From: Bacillus sp. (in: firmicutes)
GTDB lineage: Bacteria > Bacillota > Bacilli > Bacillales > Cytobacillaceae
Length of the DNA: 64,000 bases
Assembly (NCBI GenBank): GCA_039832695.1
Contig: JBDOMM010000038.1
Location: 265 to 64,264, forward strand
Reading direction: 5' to 3'
Made by a program: the position numbers and the translations under genes. The notes beneath the pieces were generated by a model that saw nothing but the letters and a program-made list of their open reading frames with translations, was not told where the DNA came from and did no database searches. This document shows, piece after piece, positions 9,485 to 19,277 of this stretch (position 1 is the stretch's first letter; every line of letters begins with the position of its first letter).

Positions 9485-10309
9485 TTATTTAGAAGACTGG
9501 AATGTTAAAAGGTCCTTTTTCTCCATTAAGACTTCCATGAGCTGCTCTACTTGCTCATCAGCAGTTCCCTCTAGTCTTTTTCCACCCTCTGGCCGTGGAG
9601 GTGTAAACATCTTACCAACAATGGTTGGCGAACCTTTTAGTCCTAGTTGGGAGCGATCGACATTCTCAAGATCACTTACTGCCCAGATGATTGGTTCATA
9701 TTTTGCTGCATTAATCATGTTTGGCATCGGTGAATAATCAATTTCATTAATTTCTTTTTCAACTGTTAACAAGCATGGCAGTTCTGACTGAATTAATTCA
9801 TATCCATTAGTTAATTTTCGTTTAATTAATACCGTTCTCTCTGCTTCATTCACTTCTGTTACCTCAATGACATTTGTTACAGGAGGAATATCCAGTCGTC
9901 TTGCGATACCAGGTCCTACCTGACCTGTATCTCCATCGATAGCATGTTTCCCACAAATCACAATATCTACTGGGAGTTCCTTACCAATTCTCTCTAAAGC
10001 TTTATATAAGGCATAACTTGTAGCAAGTGTATCTGCTCCGGCAAAAGCCCGATCAGTAATCAGATAGCCTCTATCTGCACCAATTTCAACACTTTTTTTA
10101 ATAACAGCTGTTGCCTGTGGCGGTCCCATTGACAGGACCGAAATGGTGCCACCTGTTTTTTCCTTAATTTTCACAGCTTCTTGAACAGCATGTGCATCAT
10201 AAGGATTCAAAATGGCCGGGGCACTCCGGCGGTCGAGTGTGTTTGTTTTTGGGTTGATTTTAATGATTTTTGTATCGGGTACTTGTTTGACACATACGAC
10301 AATGTGCAT
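9485..10309 (-). CDS. fixA: Electron transfer flavoprotein beta subunit FixA
   Basis: IVVCVKQVPD, NPYD, GADTLATS, DGDTGQVGP; start refined to ATG 10309 with GGAGG RBS. Confidence 0.92.
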   Translation of the reverse strand: MHIVVCVKQVPDTKIIKINPKTNTLDRRSAPAILNPYDAHAVQEAVKIKEKTGGTISVLSMGPPQATAVIKKSVEIGADRGYLITDRAFAGADTLATSYALYKALERIGKELPVDIVICGKHAIDGDTGQVGPGIARRLDIPPVTNVIEVTEVNEAERTVLIKRKLTNGYELIQSELPCLLTVEKEINEIDYSPMPNMINAAKYEPIIWAVSDLENVDRSQLGLKGSPTIVGKMFTPPRPEGGKRLEGTADEQVEQLMEVLMEKKDLLTFQSSK

Positions 10310-10345
10310 GTAGGACTTTCCCTCCTCCATATAAACTAAGATTGT

Positions 10346-10410
10346 TGAAAGCGTTTGCTTACTTTGGTTATAAAAAATGCTTTTATTAACGATATATGAA
10401 CCGTAACACA
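10346..10410 (-). promoter_or_regulatory. fixA upstream region: cre-like site (10346-10359), -10 TATAAC (10372-10367), degenerate Fnr-like box (10395-10410)
   Basis: TGAAAGCGTTTGCT against the cre consensus; TGTGT-TACGGT-TCATA on minus (2 mismatches). Confidence 0.45.
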
Positions 10411-10704
10411 AGCATAGTACCAAACAATGGTGGTTTTCTTTATTTTCTTTCTAAAATTCATCAAAAAATGGATAAGATCTGCAGCATAACTAATTTTGTG
10501 TAGATTCAAAGGCGTAGGTAAAAATAATAAATAAGTTGATGTCATAACTAATTGTGGTAAAATATGGAGTTAATCATGGTGTGAGTTTGTCTTTAAATAG
10601 TACTAATATAACTATAAGAAATATTGGGATATAAACAATGATAAAAATCACAGTCGTGTCTAAAAATGTAGCTTTTCTGCTGAAAACAAAAAAGGAGGAA
10701 AGAA

Positions 10705-11436
10705 ATGACTGAGGTAATATTCGGAAGTGTTCTCTCTGCCTTATCAACAGGGGCTGGGGCTTTAATAATTTTGTTTATCCACCATTCAATAACACATCGG
10801 TGGAAGGACGTATTATTAGCCTTTAGCGCTGGAATTATGATGGCTGCTTCTACGATTGGCTTAATTCCGGAGGCTCTCAAATATGGAGGTTTTATTTCAC
10901 TTTTTGTTGGAGTGTGGTTAGGGGTTGGTGTGCTAACTCTTCTTGAAAAATATATTCCGCATATTGATTTGCAGCATACTAAAAGTGGCATTCAATTTGA
11001 TGAAAAAGCTTTGTTAATTATTTCAGCAATAACTCTGCATAATATCCCGGAAGGCTTGTCTGTAGGTGTTAGCTATGCTTCTTCAGAAGGAGATACTGGC
11101 AATTTAATAGCAATGGCAATCGGGTTCCAAAATGCTCCTGAAGGCCTTCTTGTCGCTCTCTTTTTAATCAATCAGCAAATAAGTAAATGGAAGGCCTTCA
11201 TCATTGCAACCTTAACGGGCGCTATTGAAATTGTTACTTCATTATTAGGGTATTTATTAACGTCATATGTTCAAGGCCTTGTTCCATACGGCCTTTCCTT
11301 TGCGGCAGGTGCGATGCTTTTTATCATTTATAAAGAATTAATTCCCGAAAGTCACGGAGATGGGAATGAGCGGGTATCAACCTATGCTTTTATAATGGGG
11401 CTTCTACTTATGGTTCTAATCATTGATATATATTAA
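10705..11436 (+). CDS. ZIP family metal transporter (ZupT/GufA-like)
   Basis: LHNIPEG and FQNAPEG motifs, PHID loop, multiple TM helices. Confidence 0.9.
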   Translation: MTEVIFGSVLSALSTGAGALIILFIHHSITHRWKDVLLAFSAGIMMAASTIGLIPEALKYGGFISLFVGVWLGVGVLTLLEKYIPHIDLQHTKSGIQFDEKALLIISAITLHNIPEGLSVGVSYASSEGDTGNLIAMAIGFQNAPEGLLVALFLINQQISKWKAFIIATLTGAIEIVTSLLGYLLTSYVQGLVPYGLSFAAGAMLFIIYKELIPESHGDGNERVSTYAFIMGLLLMVLIIDIY

Positions 11437-11464
11437 TAGAAGTAGTGTCACATCATCCATGCCA

Positions 11465-11707
11465 TTAGACTAAAACTTTAGGCCAAATCATGATCATTTG
11501 CTTAAATGCAATCTTTACTTCTTCATTTGGCCTAGAAGCTTGTCCCATTTCTCTATGGTACGCATTTATTAGCTCATCTAGCTCCTGGCTGTATTTTATT
11601 GTTTCCTCACTTGTATATCCTAGCGTATTTGCACTATTTATCATTAATTCCCTTTTGGCCCTGATCTGTTCTATCATTTCATATTGGTTATTACTATCCT
11701 TGTACAA
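11465..11707 (-). CDS. spo0E: Spo0E-family aspartyl-phosphate phosphatase
   Basis: SQELDELIN signature; TTG start at 11707 with AGGAGG RBS; syntenic next to mtnD. Confidence 0.8.
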   Translation of the reverse strand: MYKDSNNQYEMIEQIRAKRELMINSANTLGYTSEETIKYSQELDELINAYHREMGQASRPNEEVKIAFKQMIMIWPKVLV

Positions 11708-12071
11708 TGTTATCCTCCTACTCAGTACCCTTTTACTGTAATACACTAAAAAAGTTAACTACTTGAAAGATTATGACAAGAATTTCTATAAAAGTAAATA
11801 CATTCGCAAAAGTAGACAAAACATTCTAATTCTTTCGTTTTTCGACAATTTCCTATGTTTTTTTCAAGTATTTACGACATTTTTTTCCTTAAACCTTAGG
11901 GTGCTTTTTGACAAAAAATAGAAGTGAGAAAATAATAGAGAAAAGTTATGAACAAGTATCTATATTTTTGTTCGCTATATAAAACAGTTGATAATGTTTT
12001 ACCAAAATACTTCCAATCCCAAAATAATTAGACAAAAAAACTGGCCGCATCTGCAACCAGTTTTTTTGTTC

Positions 12072-12605
12072 TTATTGCTTTACTTCTTCCTTTTCGTAAA
12101 TTGGAACCCAGCCTTCTGTTGTGACAAAAATTCTTACCGCGACAACCTTTCTATCTTCTTCTAATGTAAAGTAGTGTCTTGTGTTTTCTGGTACTGAGAT
12201 TAAATCACCCGGATTTAAATGGACTTCAAAAAACTCTCCATCTTTTCCTTGAATGACAAAAACACCGTGACCACTTACGATAAAACGAACTTCATCATCA
12301 GTGTGATGGTGCTCGTTTTTAAAATTAGTAAGTAATACGTCCAGATTAGGGGTATTATCAGATAATGAAATCACATCCTGTGCTTTATATCCCCGTCTGG
12401 CAGAAATATCGGCTATTTCTGCTTCGAAAGAATTTAAAATCTCTTCTTTTTCTTCATCATTTAAAAGATATTTTTCTACTAATGATGCTGGGAGTTTGTT
12501 AATATCCCAATTTTCATAAATGACTTCCTGACTTTCTAGGAAGCTTGCAACTGCCTCCTGCTCATGAATTTGATCATCTTTCTGTTGAAATGTAATATAC
12601 GCCAT
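12072..12605 (-). CDS. mtnD: Acireductone dioxygenase
   Basis: Cupin EHHHTDDEVRF and HYFTL motifs; mtn operon context. Confidence 0.93.
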   Translation of the reverse strand: MAYITFQQKDDQIHEQEAVASFLESQEVIYENWDINKLPASLVEKYLLNDEEKEEILNSFEAEIADISARRGYKAQDVISLSDNTPNLDVLLTNFKNEHHHTDDEVRFIVSGHGVFVIQGKDGEFFEVHLNPGDLISVPENTRHYFTLEEDRKVVAVRIFVTTEGWVPIYEKEEVKQ

Positions 12606-12649
12606 TATAAATCAGCCTCACTTTTTTATTTTTGTTCCTGTCAACTTGT

Positions 12650-12781
12650 CTGTTGATTTCCGCTCCAGGCGCTTCGCTTTCCGTGGGTGTTTCGGCGAGC
12701 CTCCTCGGCGCTTACGCCTGCGGGGTCTCCCCTGAACCATACTCCCACAGGAGTCTTCGCGCCTTCCGCTCCAATCAACAG
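12650..12781. mobile_element. 132-bp GC-rich dispersed repeat / MITE-like element with terminal inverted repeats
   Basis: CTGTTGATT...AATCAACAG ends; internal direct repeat TTCCGCTCCA (12658, 12764); 82/132 GC by hand count; resembles a multi-copy intergenic element recalled from Bacillaceae. Confidence 0.65.
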
Positions 12782-12822
12782 GTGTGTCAAATCAACACAG
12801 GACTTTAAACTTGTCTTCTCTT

Positions 12823-13452
12823 TTAGACTACCTTAAATAGTTGATATGGTTTATGTTCGAGTAATCTCAATTGGTAACGGAATAAAAATTCGGATGCTTC
12901 AAGTATTTTTTTCGCTTCGAATGCATTCCGGCCCCAGACTGTGATTCCATGATTCCGAATTAATACGGCTCCGCTATCTTCGGAAACATGCTCTGAAAAT
13001 TTATTTGCCAATGTAGGAATGTGTGCAAAATTACGGATAATCGGTATCTTTAAAACAGCATCTTCTTCCCATTTATCAAAGGCTTTAATTAATTCTTGGC
13101 CTTTAAAGGTAACCTCACCATGGTCACCATAGACCTCTGAAATTACATTATTATCAATCGTATGGACATGTAGGCTACAACCAGCATTGGTTTTACGATA
13201 AATTTCCACATGAAGTAGTGTCTCTGCAGACGGTTTTAAATGAGTCTCTTCTACAGGACGACCAAATTCATCCACAAGTAAAAAGTCTTCAGATGTCCGC
13301 TTGCGTTTATCCTTACCGCTTGCTGTTACCAAAAATTGAAGCGGATGATCACTTACCTTAATTGCAAGGTTTCCACTTGTGCCCATAAACCAATCTCTCT
13401 CTGCCAATTCATCCTTGATATCGGCTAATTCTGCCCATCTTTCCTTTAACAT
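12823..13452 (-). CDS. mtnB: Methylthioribulose-1-phosphate dehydratase
   Basis: [27 protein letters not shown] (class II aldolase fold). Confidence 0.93.
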   Translation of the reverse strand: MLKERWAELADIKDELAERDWFMGTSGNLAIKVSDHPLQFLVTASGKDKRKRTSEDFLLVDEFGRPVEETHLKPSAETLLHVEIYRKTNAGCSLHVHTIDNNVISEVYGDHGEVTFKGQELIKAFDKWEEDAVLKIPIIRNFAHIPTLANKFSEHVSEDSGAVLIRNHGITVWGRNAFEAKKILEASEFLFRYQLRLLEHKPYQLFKVV

Positions 13453-14120
13453 GTTAGCTCACCCACCTCAATTCTTTTATTTATTTCCTCGATACAATCG
13501 AAGAAAGTACAAAACCCTTGATGGTTAATACCCCATTCCACACATTTTTCCTGAAGCAAATCCCTTGCTAACACAAAGTCAGCATGTTTAGCCGCCTCGA
13601 GATCCGTTACAGAATCGCCAATTACGATTTTAAAACTTTCATGTGGATGGTTTAGTTTACGCATAATGCTTGGCTTACAACAACCACAATCATTGTTACA
13701 ATAGGAATCGCATTCATGCGGCCAGAGAATTTTGATGGTCTCTCCTGAAAAATCCGAATGATTACAATAAACTCCATCAAATGGGGCGTATTCTGACAGG
13801 ATTGGATGTACAAAAAAATCTATCCCTCCACTTACAATATAGAGTGGTATCCCTTTTTCACGTACAAAAGCTACAAACTCCTTGAAACCAGGTCTAATTT
13901 TTGCATTTTCAATTGCAAACTCCGTTATTTCTTTCTTCTTATCACTAGGCAATAAGGAAAATAATTTCCCTACACCCTCATTAACGGAAATTTGTCGCGA
14001 AAGAATTAAATCCTTAATTTCCACCCATTCGGGAGGAGCAAATTTTTTCATTATGGCAATGATGTTATCACTTTCAGTAACGGTCCCGTCAAAATCACAA
14101 TAAATAACCGGCTTTGTCAT
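13446..14120 (-). CDS. mtnX: 2-hydroxy-3-keto-5-methylthiopentenyl-1-phosphate phosphatase
   Basis: HAD motif CDFDGT, CGCCKP, IGDSVTD. Confidence 0.93.
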   Translation of the reverse strand: MTKPVIYCDFDGTVTESDNIIAIMKKFAPPEWVEIKDLILSRQISVNEGVGKLFSLLPSDKKKEITEFAIENAKIRPGFKEFVAFVREKGIPLYIVSGGIDFFVHPILSEYAPFDGVYCNHSDFSGETIKILWPHECDSYCNNDCGCCKPSIMRKLNHPHESFKIVIGDSVTDLEAAKHADFVLARDLLQEKCVEWGINHQGFCTFFDCIEEINKRIEVGELTC

Positions 14121-15332
14121 CTATACCGTCACCTCAGCATTTCCCCATAGCTTTAGCGCAGTTTTTAGTTCATCATACTGTTTAGCCCCTTCTGCTAATG
14201 TCAATCCTCGCAGATTTGCATCAACAGCTTGGCGGAAGGCACGACCTCCTCCACGAGCACCATCTGGATGACCATGAACGCCGCCACCAGCATTGATCAC
14301 TGAGTCAATACCAAAATCACGGATTAACAAGGAAACCAATCCAGGATGAATTCCTGCTGATGGTACTGGAAATGCCTTCTTAAAAACATCCTCTTTTGTT
14401 AACTCACTTGCAATTGAAAGGGCCGCAGTTTTCTCTAGCGCCACCGTTCCATATGGTGATGGGAAAAGGGATAAATCAGCACCTGCATAACGAAGCAGCT
14501 TCCCAAGAAGTAAGGAATGGGAAAGACCAAATTCCGGCGACGAGGTTAATGCCCCGCTAACAGCAGGATGAGCCATTAACGGTAACCCTATTTCATTGTC
14601 CTCTCTCAACTCTTGTAGAACATCCAATCCATAGGAGAACACATTAAATAATAATAAATCGCCACCAAGTTCAGCGGCCTTTTTTGCCTTATCCTTCAAT
14701 TGTGATGTTCTTCCTGTTAGGTTTACTGCATATAGGGTTCTGTGCCCGGTTTCTTCATGGACCTCTCTTAAGACTTGTTTCCCCGCTGTTATTCTTTGCT
14801 CAAAAGGAGTAAGCGCGTTTTCAAATAGGATTTCATCGTCCTTGACTAAATCCACTCCACCTAGAGCTTGTTGCTTTAACTGCTCTGCTAAAAAGTGAAT
14901 ATCCTTACCAAGCACTCCTTTAAAAATGCTCATAACTAGTGGTCTATCATAAACGTTTATTTTTTCTCGAATCCCTTCGATACCGAATCTAGGACCAGGA
15001 AAATGACTTTTTAATACATCATCAAACTGTAAATCTAGTAATTTTATTTTTCCATCTAGTGATAATTTTCCGAAAACAGTGGTTAGAATCGCCGGTAAAT
15101 CATTAGAGAAATTTAGGGTTGGATAAGCAATTCGTATAATCGCCTGACCCTCTTTTTCAGAATCTTTCCCCTCAATGGAAACGACTCTGCCCTTATGCTT
15201 ACGCAGTTGGTTTTGTTCGAGTTCAGGCAGGTTGGTCCAAGAACCAACGGTTAATCCAAGGGCTATTTCTTCTGCTTTTTTCTCTGGATTTTTTTCATCA
15301 TGTACAAGATATGTGGCAATTATTTCAGACAT
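14121..15332 (-). CDS. mtnW: RuBisCO-like protein, 2,3-diketo-5-methylthiopentyl-1-phosphate enolase
   Basis: [13 protein letters not shown] motif, [22 protein letters not shown]. Confidence 0.95.
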   Translation of the reverse strand: MSEIIATYLVHDEKNPEKKAEEIALGLTVGSWTNLPELEQNQLRKHKGRVVSIEGKDSEKEGQAIIRIAYPTLNFSNDLPAILTTVFGKLSLDGKIKLLDLQFDDVLKSHFPGPRFGIEGIREKINVYDRPLVMSIFKGVLGKDIHFLAEQLKQQALGGVDLVKDDEILFENALTPFEQRITAGKQVLREVHEETGHRTLYAVNLTGRTSQLKDKAKKAAELGGDLLLFNVFSYGLDVLQELREDNEIGLPLMAHPAVSGALTSSPEFGLSHSLLLGKLLRYAGADLSLFPSPYGTVALEKTAALSIASELTKEDVFKKAFPVPSAGIHPGLVSLLIRDFGIDSVINAGGGVHGHPDGARGGGRAFRQAVDANLRGLTLAEGAKQYDELKTALKLWGNAEVTV

Positions 15333-15360
15333 TTTTTCTACTTCCCTTCAAAAAAACATA

Positions 15361-15386
15361 AAAAACCTCTTCGAAAAGAAGAGGTT
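15361..15386 (-). terminator. Riboswitch-controlled terminator upstream of mtnW
   Basis: AACCTCTTC-TTTTC-GAAGAGGTT followed by a T tract on minus. Confidence 0.8.
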
Positions 15387-15405
15387 AGCATAAAAAAACT
15401 AACAT

Positions 15406-15514
15406 CTTCTCATCTTTCAGCCAGTCGCTGCAAGAATTAGCACCGTGCTTAACTTTAGTTAAGTCGGTTGCCGGGCTTCATAGGGCTTTTCCCTCCACCT
15501 GCTCTTGATAAGAA
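15406..15514 (-). ncRNA. SAM-I (S-box) riboswitch controlling mtnWXBD
   Basis: CTTATCAAGAGCAGGTGGAGGGA..GCCC.ATGAAGCCCGGCAACCG...CGGTGCTAATTC...GAAAGATGAG; sigA promoter TTGACA(15591-15586)-N17-GATAAT. Confidence 0.96.
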
Positions 15515-15592
15515 AACGATTCGTAATTATTCACATTTGTAAGTTGTAAAACTTTATTTTGGATTATCGCAAGAAAAAAAACATTTGTCAAC

Positions 15593-16771
15593 TCATTTTT
15601 TGAACATTTCTAAACAACTAATTCTTCTGACAGCTTCAGCCAACCGATCTTCGGATGATAATAACCCTACACGAACAAAGCCCTCACCGAATTCACCAAA
15701 ACCAATACCAGGTGCAACCATTATGTGTGCTTGGTCTAGCAGGATTTCAGCAAATTGTGCGGATGTGTACCCGTCTGGTACCTTAAGCCATGCAAAAAAG
15801 GAACCGTTAGGCGCTTTCACATCCCACCCAATCGAACGTAGGCCGTTAATTAACACATCTTTTCTGCGTTCATACAGTTCGTTTAATTCTCTTACACAAT
15901 CCTGAGATGCTGTTAAGGCAGTTGCTGCTGCTTCCTGAACGGCTCCAAATAAACTTACATAAAGATGATCCTGAAGAAGTTCAATCGCTGAAATCACACT
16001 CTCATTCCCCACAGCAAAGCCAACACGCCAGCCCGCCATATTATAGGTTTTAGATAATGTGTAAATCTCGATTCCTACTTCTTTTGCCCCTTCGGTTTCT
16101 AGGAAACTGATTGGTCTATGGCCGTCGAAACCGATGGCACCGTAAGCAAAATCATGAACAACACAAATATTGTGATCGTTTGCCAGTTTCACTGTTTCTT
16201 CGAAAAATTCTTCGGTGGCAACAGCACCAGTAGGATTATTTGGGTAATTCAGAAACATGACCTTTGCTTTTGATAACGTATCGGAAGAAAGTTCGTTGTA
16301 GTCAGGTAAAAATGCATTTTCCTCCCTCAATGGCATTGTAACCATTTCCGCTTTTGCCAGAGCCACACCTGACCAATAATCTGGATAACCGGGATCTGGC
16401 ACAAGAATGGTATCCCCTGGATTCAACAAACACTGTGGAATCTCAACAAGCCCTGCTTTGCCGCCAAAAAGAATAGCCACTTCCTTATCAGGATTGATTG
16501 TTACACCATACTCTCTCAAGTAAAAATCGGCTGCTGCTTGCTTTAAATATCTATGCCCCTGAAAAGGAGAATATTTGTGATTGATTGGATTAGCTGCCGC
16601 CTCCTGTAATTTTGACACGATATGCTCAGGCGTTGGCTGATCTGGATTTCCTTGTCCTAAATTTATAACGTCATGCCCTTCGGCAATATACTCTCCAACC
16701 TTCTTTACAAGGCCTGCAAAAAATTGTTTTGGCAGACTATTTAAAAGCTCTGATGGTGGAAATTGTTTCAT
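15593..16771 (-). CDS. mtnE: PLP-dependent transaminase of methionine salvage
   Basis: NLGQGNPD, NYPNNPTG, HDFAY, SKTYNMAGWRVG; start refined to 16771; synteny. Confidence 0.9.
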   Translation of the reverse strand: MKQFPPSELLNSLPKQFFAGLVKKVGEYIAEGHDVINLGQGNPDQPTPEHIVSKLQEAAANPINHKYSPFQGHRYLKQAAADFYLREYGVTINPDKEVAILFGGKAGLVEIPQCLLNPGDTILVPDPGYPDYWSGVALAKAEMVTMPLREENAFLPDYNELSSDTLSKAKVMFLNYPNNPTGAVATEEFFEETVKLANDHNICVVHDFAYGAIGFDGHRPISFLETEGAKEVGIEIYTLSKTYNMAGWRVGFAVGNESVISAIELLQDHLYVSLFGAVQEAAATALTASQDCVRELNELYERRKDVLINGLRSIGWDVKAPNGSFFAWLKVPDGYTSAQFAEILLDQAHIMVAPGIGFGEFGEGFVRVGLLSSEDRLAEAVRRISCLEMFKK

Positions 16772-16891
16772 CACTCTCTCACCTGCTAACTCTTTACAAA
16801 TTTTTGTTGAAATTCTAGTCACAAATGATATAACTTTTATAACAGCTTGTAAAGAAAAAATTCTGATATTTCGAACCGGAGGGAAAATTCC

Positions 16892-17677
16892 TTGAAATTA
16901 AATATTTCTTGTATACAAATGGATATCGCCTTTGGTAATCCAACTGAAAACTACCTTGCCGCAGAAAGACTAATCGAAAAGGCAATGGAAACCAAACCTG
17001 ACATTCTCGTCTTACCTGAACTTTGGACCACCGGTTATGACTTAACACGACTTGATGAAATTGCAGATAAGCAAGCGAAACAAACGATACAGTTTCTACA
17101 AGAGGCAGCTAAAAAGTATCAAGTTCATTTCGTGGGAGGATCCGTTGCAAACCGTAATGAAAACGGAGTAAAAAACACTTTGATCATCATTAACAAAGAA
17201 GGCCAATTGGTCCACCAATATAGTAAATTGCATTTATTTAAGCTCATGGATGAGCACCTTTACTTAGAGGCAGGTACACAAAAAGGCTTATTCCAATTAG
17301 ACAATCAGTCGTTTGCTGGAGTTATTTGTTATGACATTCGTTTTCCAGAATGGATCCGAGCTCATAGTTCAGAGGGGGCTGAGGCACTATTTGTTGTCGC
17401 GGAATGGCCTAAATCTCGCCTAACTCACTGGAGAGCCTTGTTAATTTCTCGTGCCATTGAAAATCAATGCTATGTAATTGCATGTAATCGTTCTGGAAGC
17501 GACCCTAATAACAAATTTGCCGGGCACAGTATGATAATTGATCCTTGGGGTGAAGTCATCGCTGAAGCTGGTGAGGCCGAAGAAATTCTATCTGCTGAAT
17601 TAAATATGGACCTTGTCAAAGATATTCGTAGCCAAATTCCAATCTTCGCTGATAGAAAGCCAGAATATTACCGTTAG
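16892..17677 (+). CDS. mtnU: Carbon-nitrogen hydrolase (omega-amidase)
   Basis: Nitrilase-superfamily triad LPE, YSKLHLF, ICYDIRFPE; synteny. Confidence 0.9.
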   Translation: MKLNISCIQMDIAFGNPTENYLAAERLIEKAMETKPDILVLPELWTTGYDLTRLDEIADKQAKQTIQFLQEAAKKYQVHFVGGSVANRNENGVKNTLIIINKEGQLVHQYSKLHLFKLMDEHLYLEAGTQKGLFQLDNQSFAGVICYDIRFPEWIRAHSSEGAEALFVVAEWPKSRLTHWRALLISRAIENQCYVIACNRSGSDPNNKFAGHSMIIDPWGEVIAEAGEAEEILSAELNMDLVKDIRSQIPIFADRKPEYYR

Positions 17678-17785
17678 ACTGTTTTAAAAGTTAAAAATTA
17701 ATATTGTTTTCAAAATTTTGTTGACACCTCTCTTTTCAACCTGTTATAGTTTTTATCATACTGAAAAAATAGAATATTAGATTTA

Positions 17786-17943
17786 CTCTTATCACGAGCA
17801 GGCTGAGGGATTTGGCCCTTTGAAGCCCAGCAACCGACCATACCACAACTAAAGTGGCGCGCTAAAGAATATGAATGCGCAGGAAACTTTATATGGCACG
17901 GTGCTAATTCCAACAGAAGGATGTCCTTTCTGAGAGATAAGAG
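17786..17943 (+). ncRNA. SAM-I riboswitch controlling mtnK, with enlarged P3
   Basis: CTCTTATC..GAGCAGGCTGAGGGA..GGCCC..TGAAGCCCAGCAACCG...CGGTGCTAATTCC...GAGATAAGAG; promoter TTGACA 17721-N18-TATAGT; terminator 17966-17996. Confidence 0.95.
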
Positions 17944-18047
17944 GTGTGAAGAATAGATCTCTTCTAGCCTCTTTCAGATAAGAAAGAGGCTTTTTTGTGC
18001 GCAAAGCCAAAGCACAACTGAGCCTCCAAATTTAGGAGGAATTGAAA

Positions 18048-19232
18048 ATGAGTCTACTAAAACAATCAACTTACCAACCGTTAACTGAAGCCACTGCTAT
18101 TAACCTAGCACTTGATTTGAATATTTTTACAGAAAAAGCAGACCTCACTTGTAAGGAAATAGGTGATGGCAATCTTAATCTTGTCTTTCACTTGGTCGAT
18201 CAAGAATCAGGAAAAAGTGTCATTATCAAACAAGCGCTCCCTTATGCAAAGGTCGTGGGAGAAAGCTGGCCATTAACACTTAAACGGGCAACCATCGAAG
18301 CAGAGGCCTTAAAGATTTTTGGTCAAATTGCACCAAACTACGTTCCAAAGGTCTACTACACGGATGAAGTTCTAGCGGTAACTGTTATGGAGGACTTGTC
18401 TCATCTTTTAATTGCTCGAACTGGCTTTATTAGAGGCGAAACGTACCCGCTTATTTCTAAGCACTTAGGAGAATATCTCGCTAAAACAATATTTTTCACT
18501 TCAGATTATGCCTTAACCCCTGCTGTAAAAAAGGCACAGGTACAGAAATTTATTAACCCAGAGCTTTGTAAGATAACTGAAGATTTAATCTTTACAGATC
18601 CGTTCTATGATGCGGAAACAAATGAATTTGAGGCTGGCTTGAAGCCTGAAGTAGAAGAGCTTTGGCGGGATGAAGAGCTAAAGTTCCACGTGAATGTATT
18701 GAAAAGAACCTTCTTAACTGAGGCTGAATCACTACTTCATGGAGATTTGCATACTGGAAGTGTTTTTGCTGACAATATTGAAACAAAAGTAATCGATCCT
18801 GAATTTGCCTATTATGGACCAGCTGGTTTTGATATTGGTCAAGTATTTGCCAATCTACTCTTCCAAGTTATTGTGAATGTACCTAAGCGCGATTTGTTTC
18901 TAACTCATGTTGAAACAGTGTGGAATGTTTTTGAAGAACAATATACTCAATTATGGAATACTGAAAATAAAGAACCATTAGCTAAAACACCTTCATTCTT
19001 ACAATTTCAACTGGCTAAATTCTTCAAAGATTCAATCGGCTTTGCCGGTTGCGAGTTAATCAGAAGAACTATTGGTCTCGCTCATGTAGCTGATTTAGAT
19101 GGAATTGCGGATGAAGGATCAAAATTAGCTGCCAAACGTTTAACGTTAAAGTTAGGAAAAGTCCTTGTAAAACAGCGAAAAGAAATAAAAGACCTTACTG
19201 CGTTCATTCGTACAGTCAAAGAACTATTTTAA
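18048..19232 (+). CDS. mtnK: S-methyl-5-thioribose kinase
   Basis: EIGDGNLNLVF, KQALPY, HGDLHTGS, DPEF; ATG 18048 fits the AGGAGG spacing. Confidence 0.93.
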   Translation: MSLLKQSTYQPLTEATAINLALDLNIFTEKADLTCKEIGDGNLNLVFHLVDQESGKSVIIKQALPYAKVVGESWPLTLKRATIEAEALKIFGQIAPNYVPKVYYTDEVLAVTVMEDLSHLLIARTGFIRGETYPLISKHLGEYLAKTIFFTSDYALTPAVKKAQVQKFINPELCKITEDLIFTDPFYDAETNEFEAGLKPEVEELWRDEELKFHVNVLKRTFLTEAESLLHGDLHTGSVFADNIETKVIDPEFAYYGPAGFDIGQVFANLLFQVIVNVPKRDLFLTHVETVWNVFEEQYTQLWNTENKEPLAKTPSFLQFQLAKFFKDSIGFAGCELIRRTIGLAHVADLDGIADEGSKLAAKRLTLKLGKVLVKQRKEIKDLTAFIRTVKELF

Positions 19233-19243
19233 TGAAGAAACAG

Positions 19244-19275
19244 GAGGTTGACTAGTTTACAGTCAACCTCTCTTT
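19244..19275. terminator. Bidirectional terminator between mtnK and the ArsR gene
   Basis: GAGGTTGACT-N7-AGTCAACCTC. Confidence 0.75.
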
Positions 19276-19277
19276 AA

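Noticed and set aside
6847-10309. Nitrogen fixation cluster
   Set aside because: fix genes alone; no nifH/D/K/E/N/B motifs in the window
10336-10991. ORFs 10336-10545 and 10593-10991
   Set aside because: They cover promoter DNA or lie antisense to the ZIP transporter; no coding signal
14121-15332. CO2-fixing RuBisCO
   Set aside because: Form IV RLP inside the S-box-controlled mtn operon; no small subunit or phosphoribulokinase
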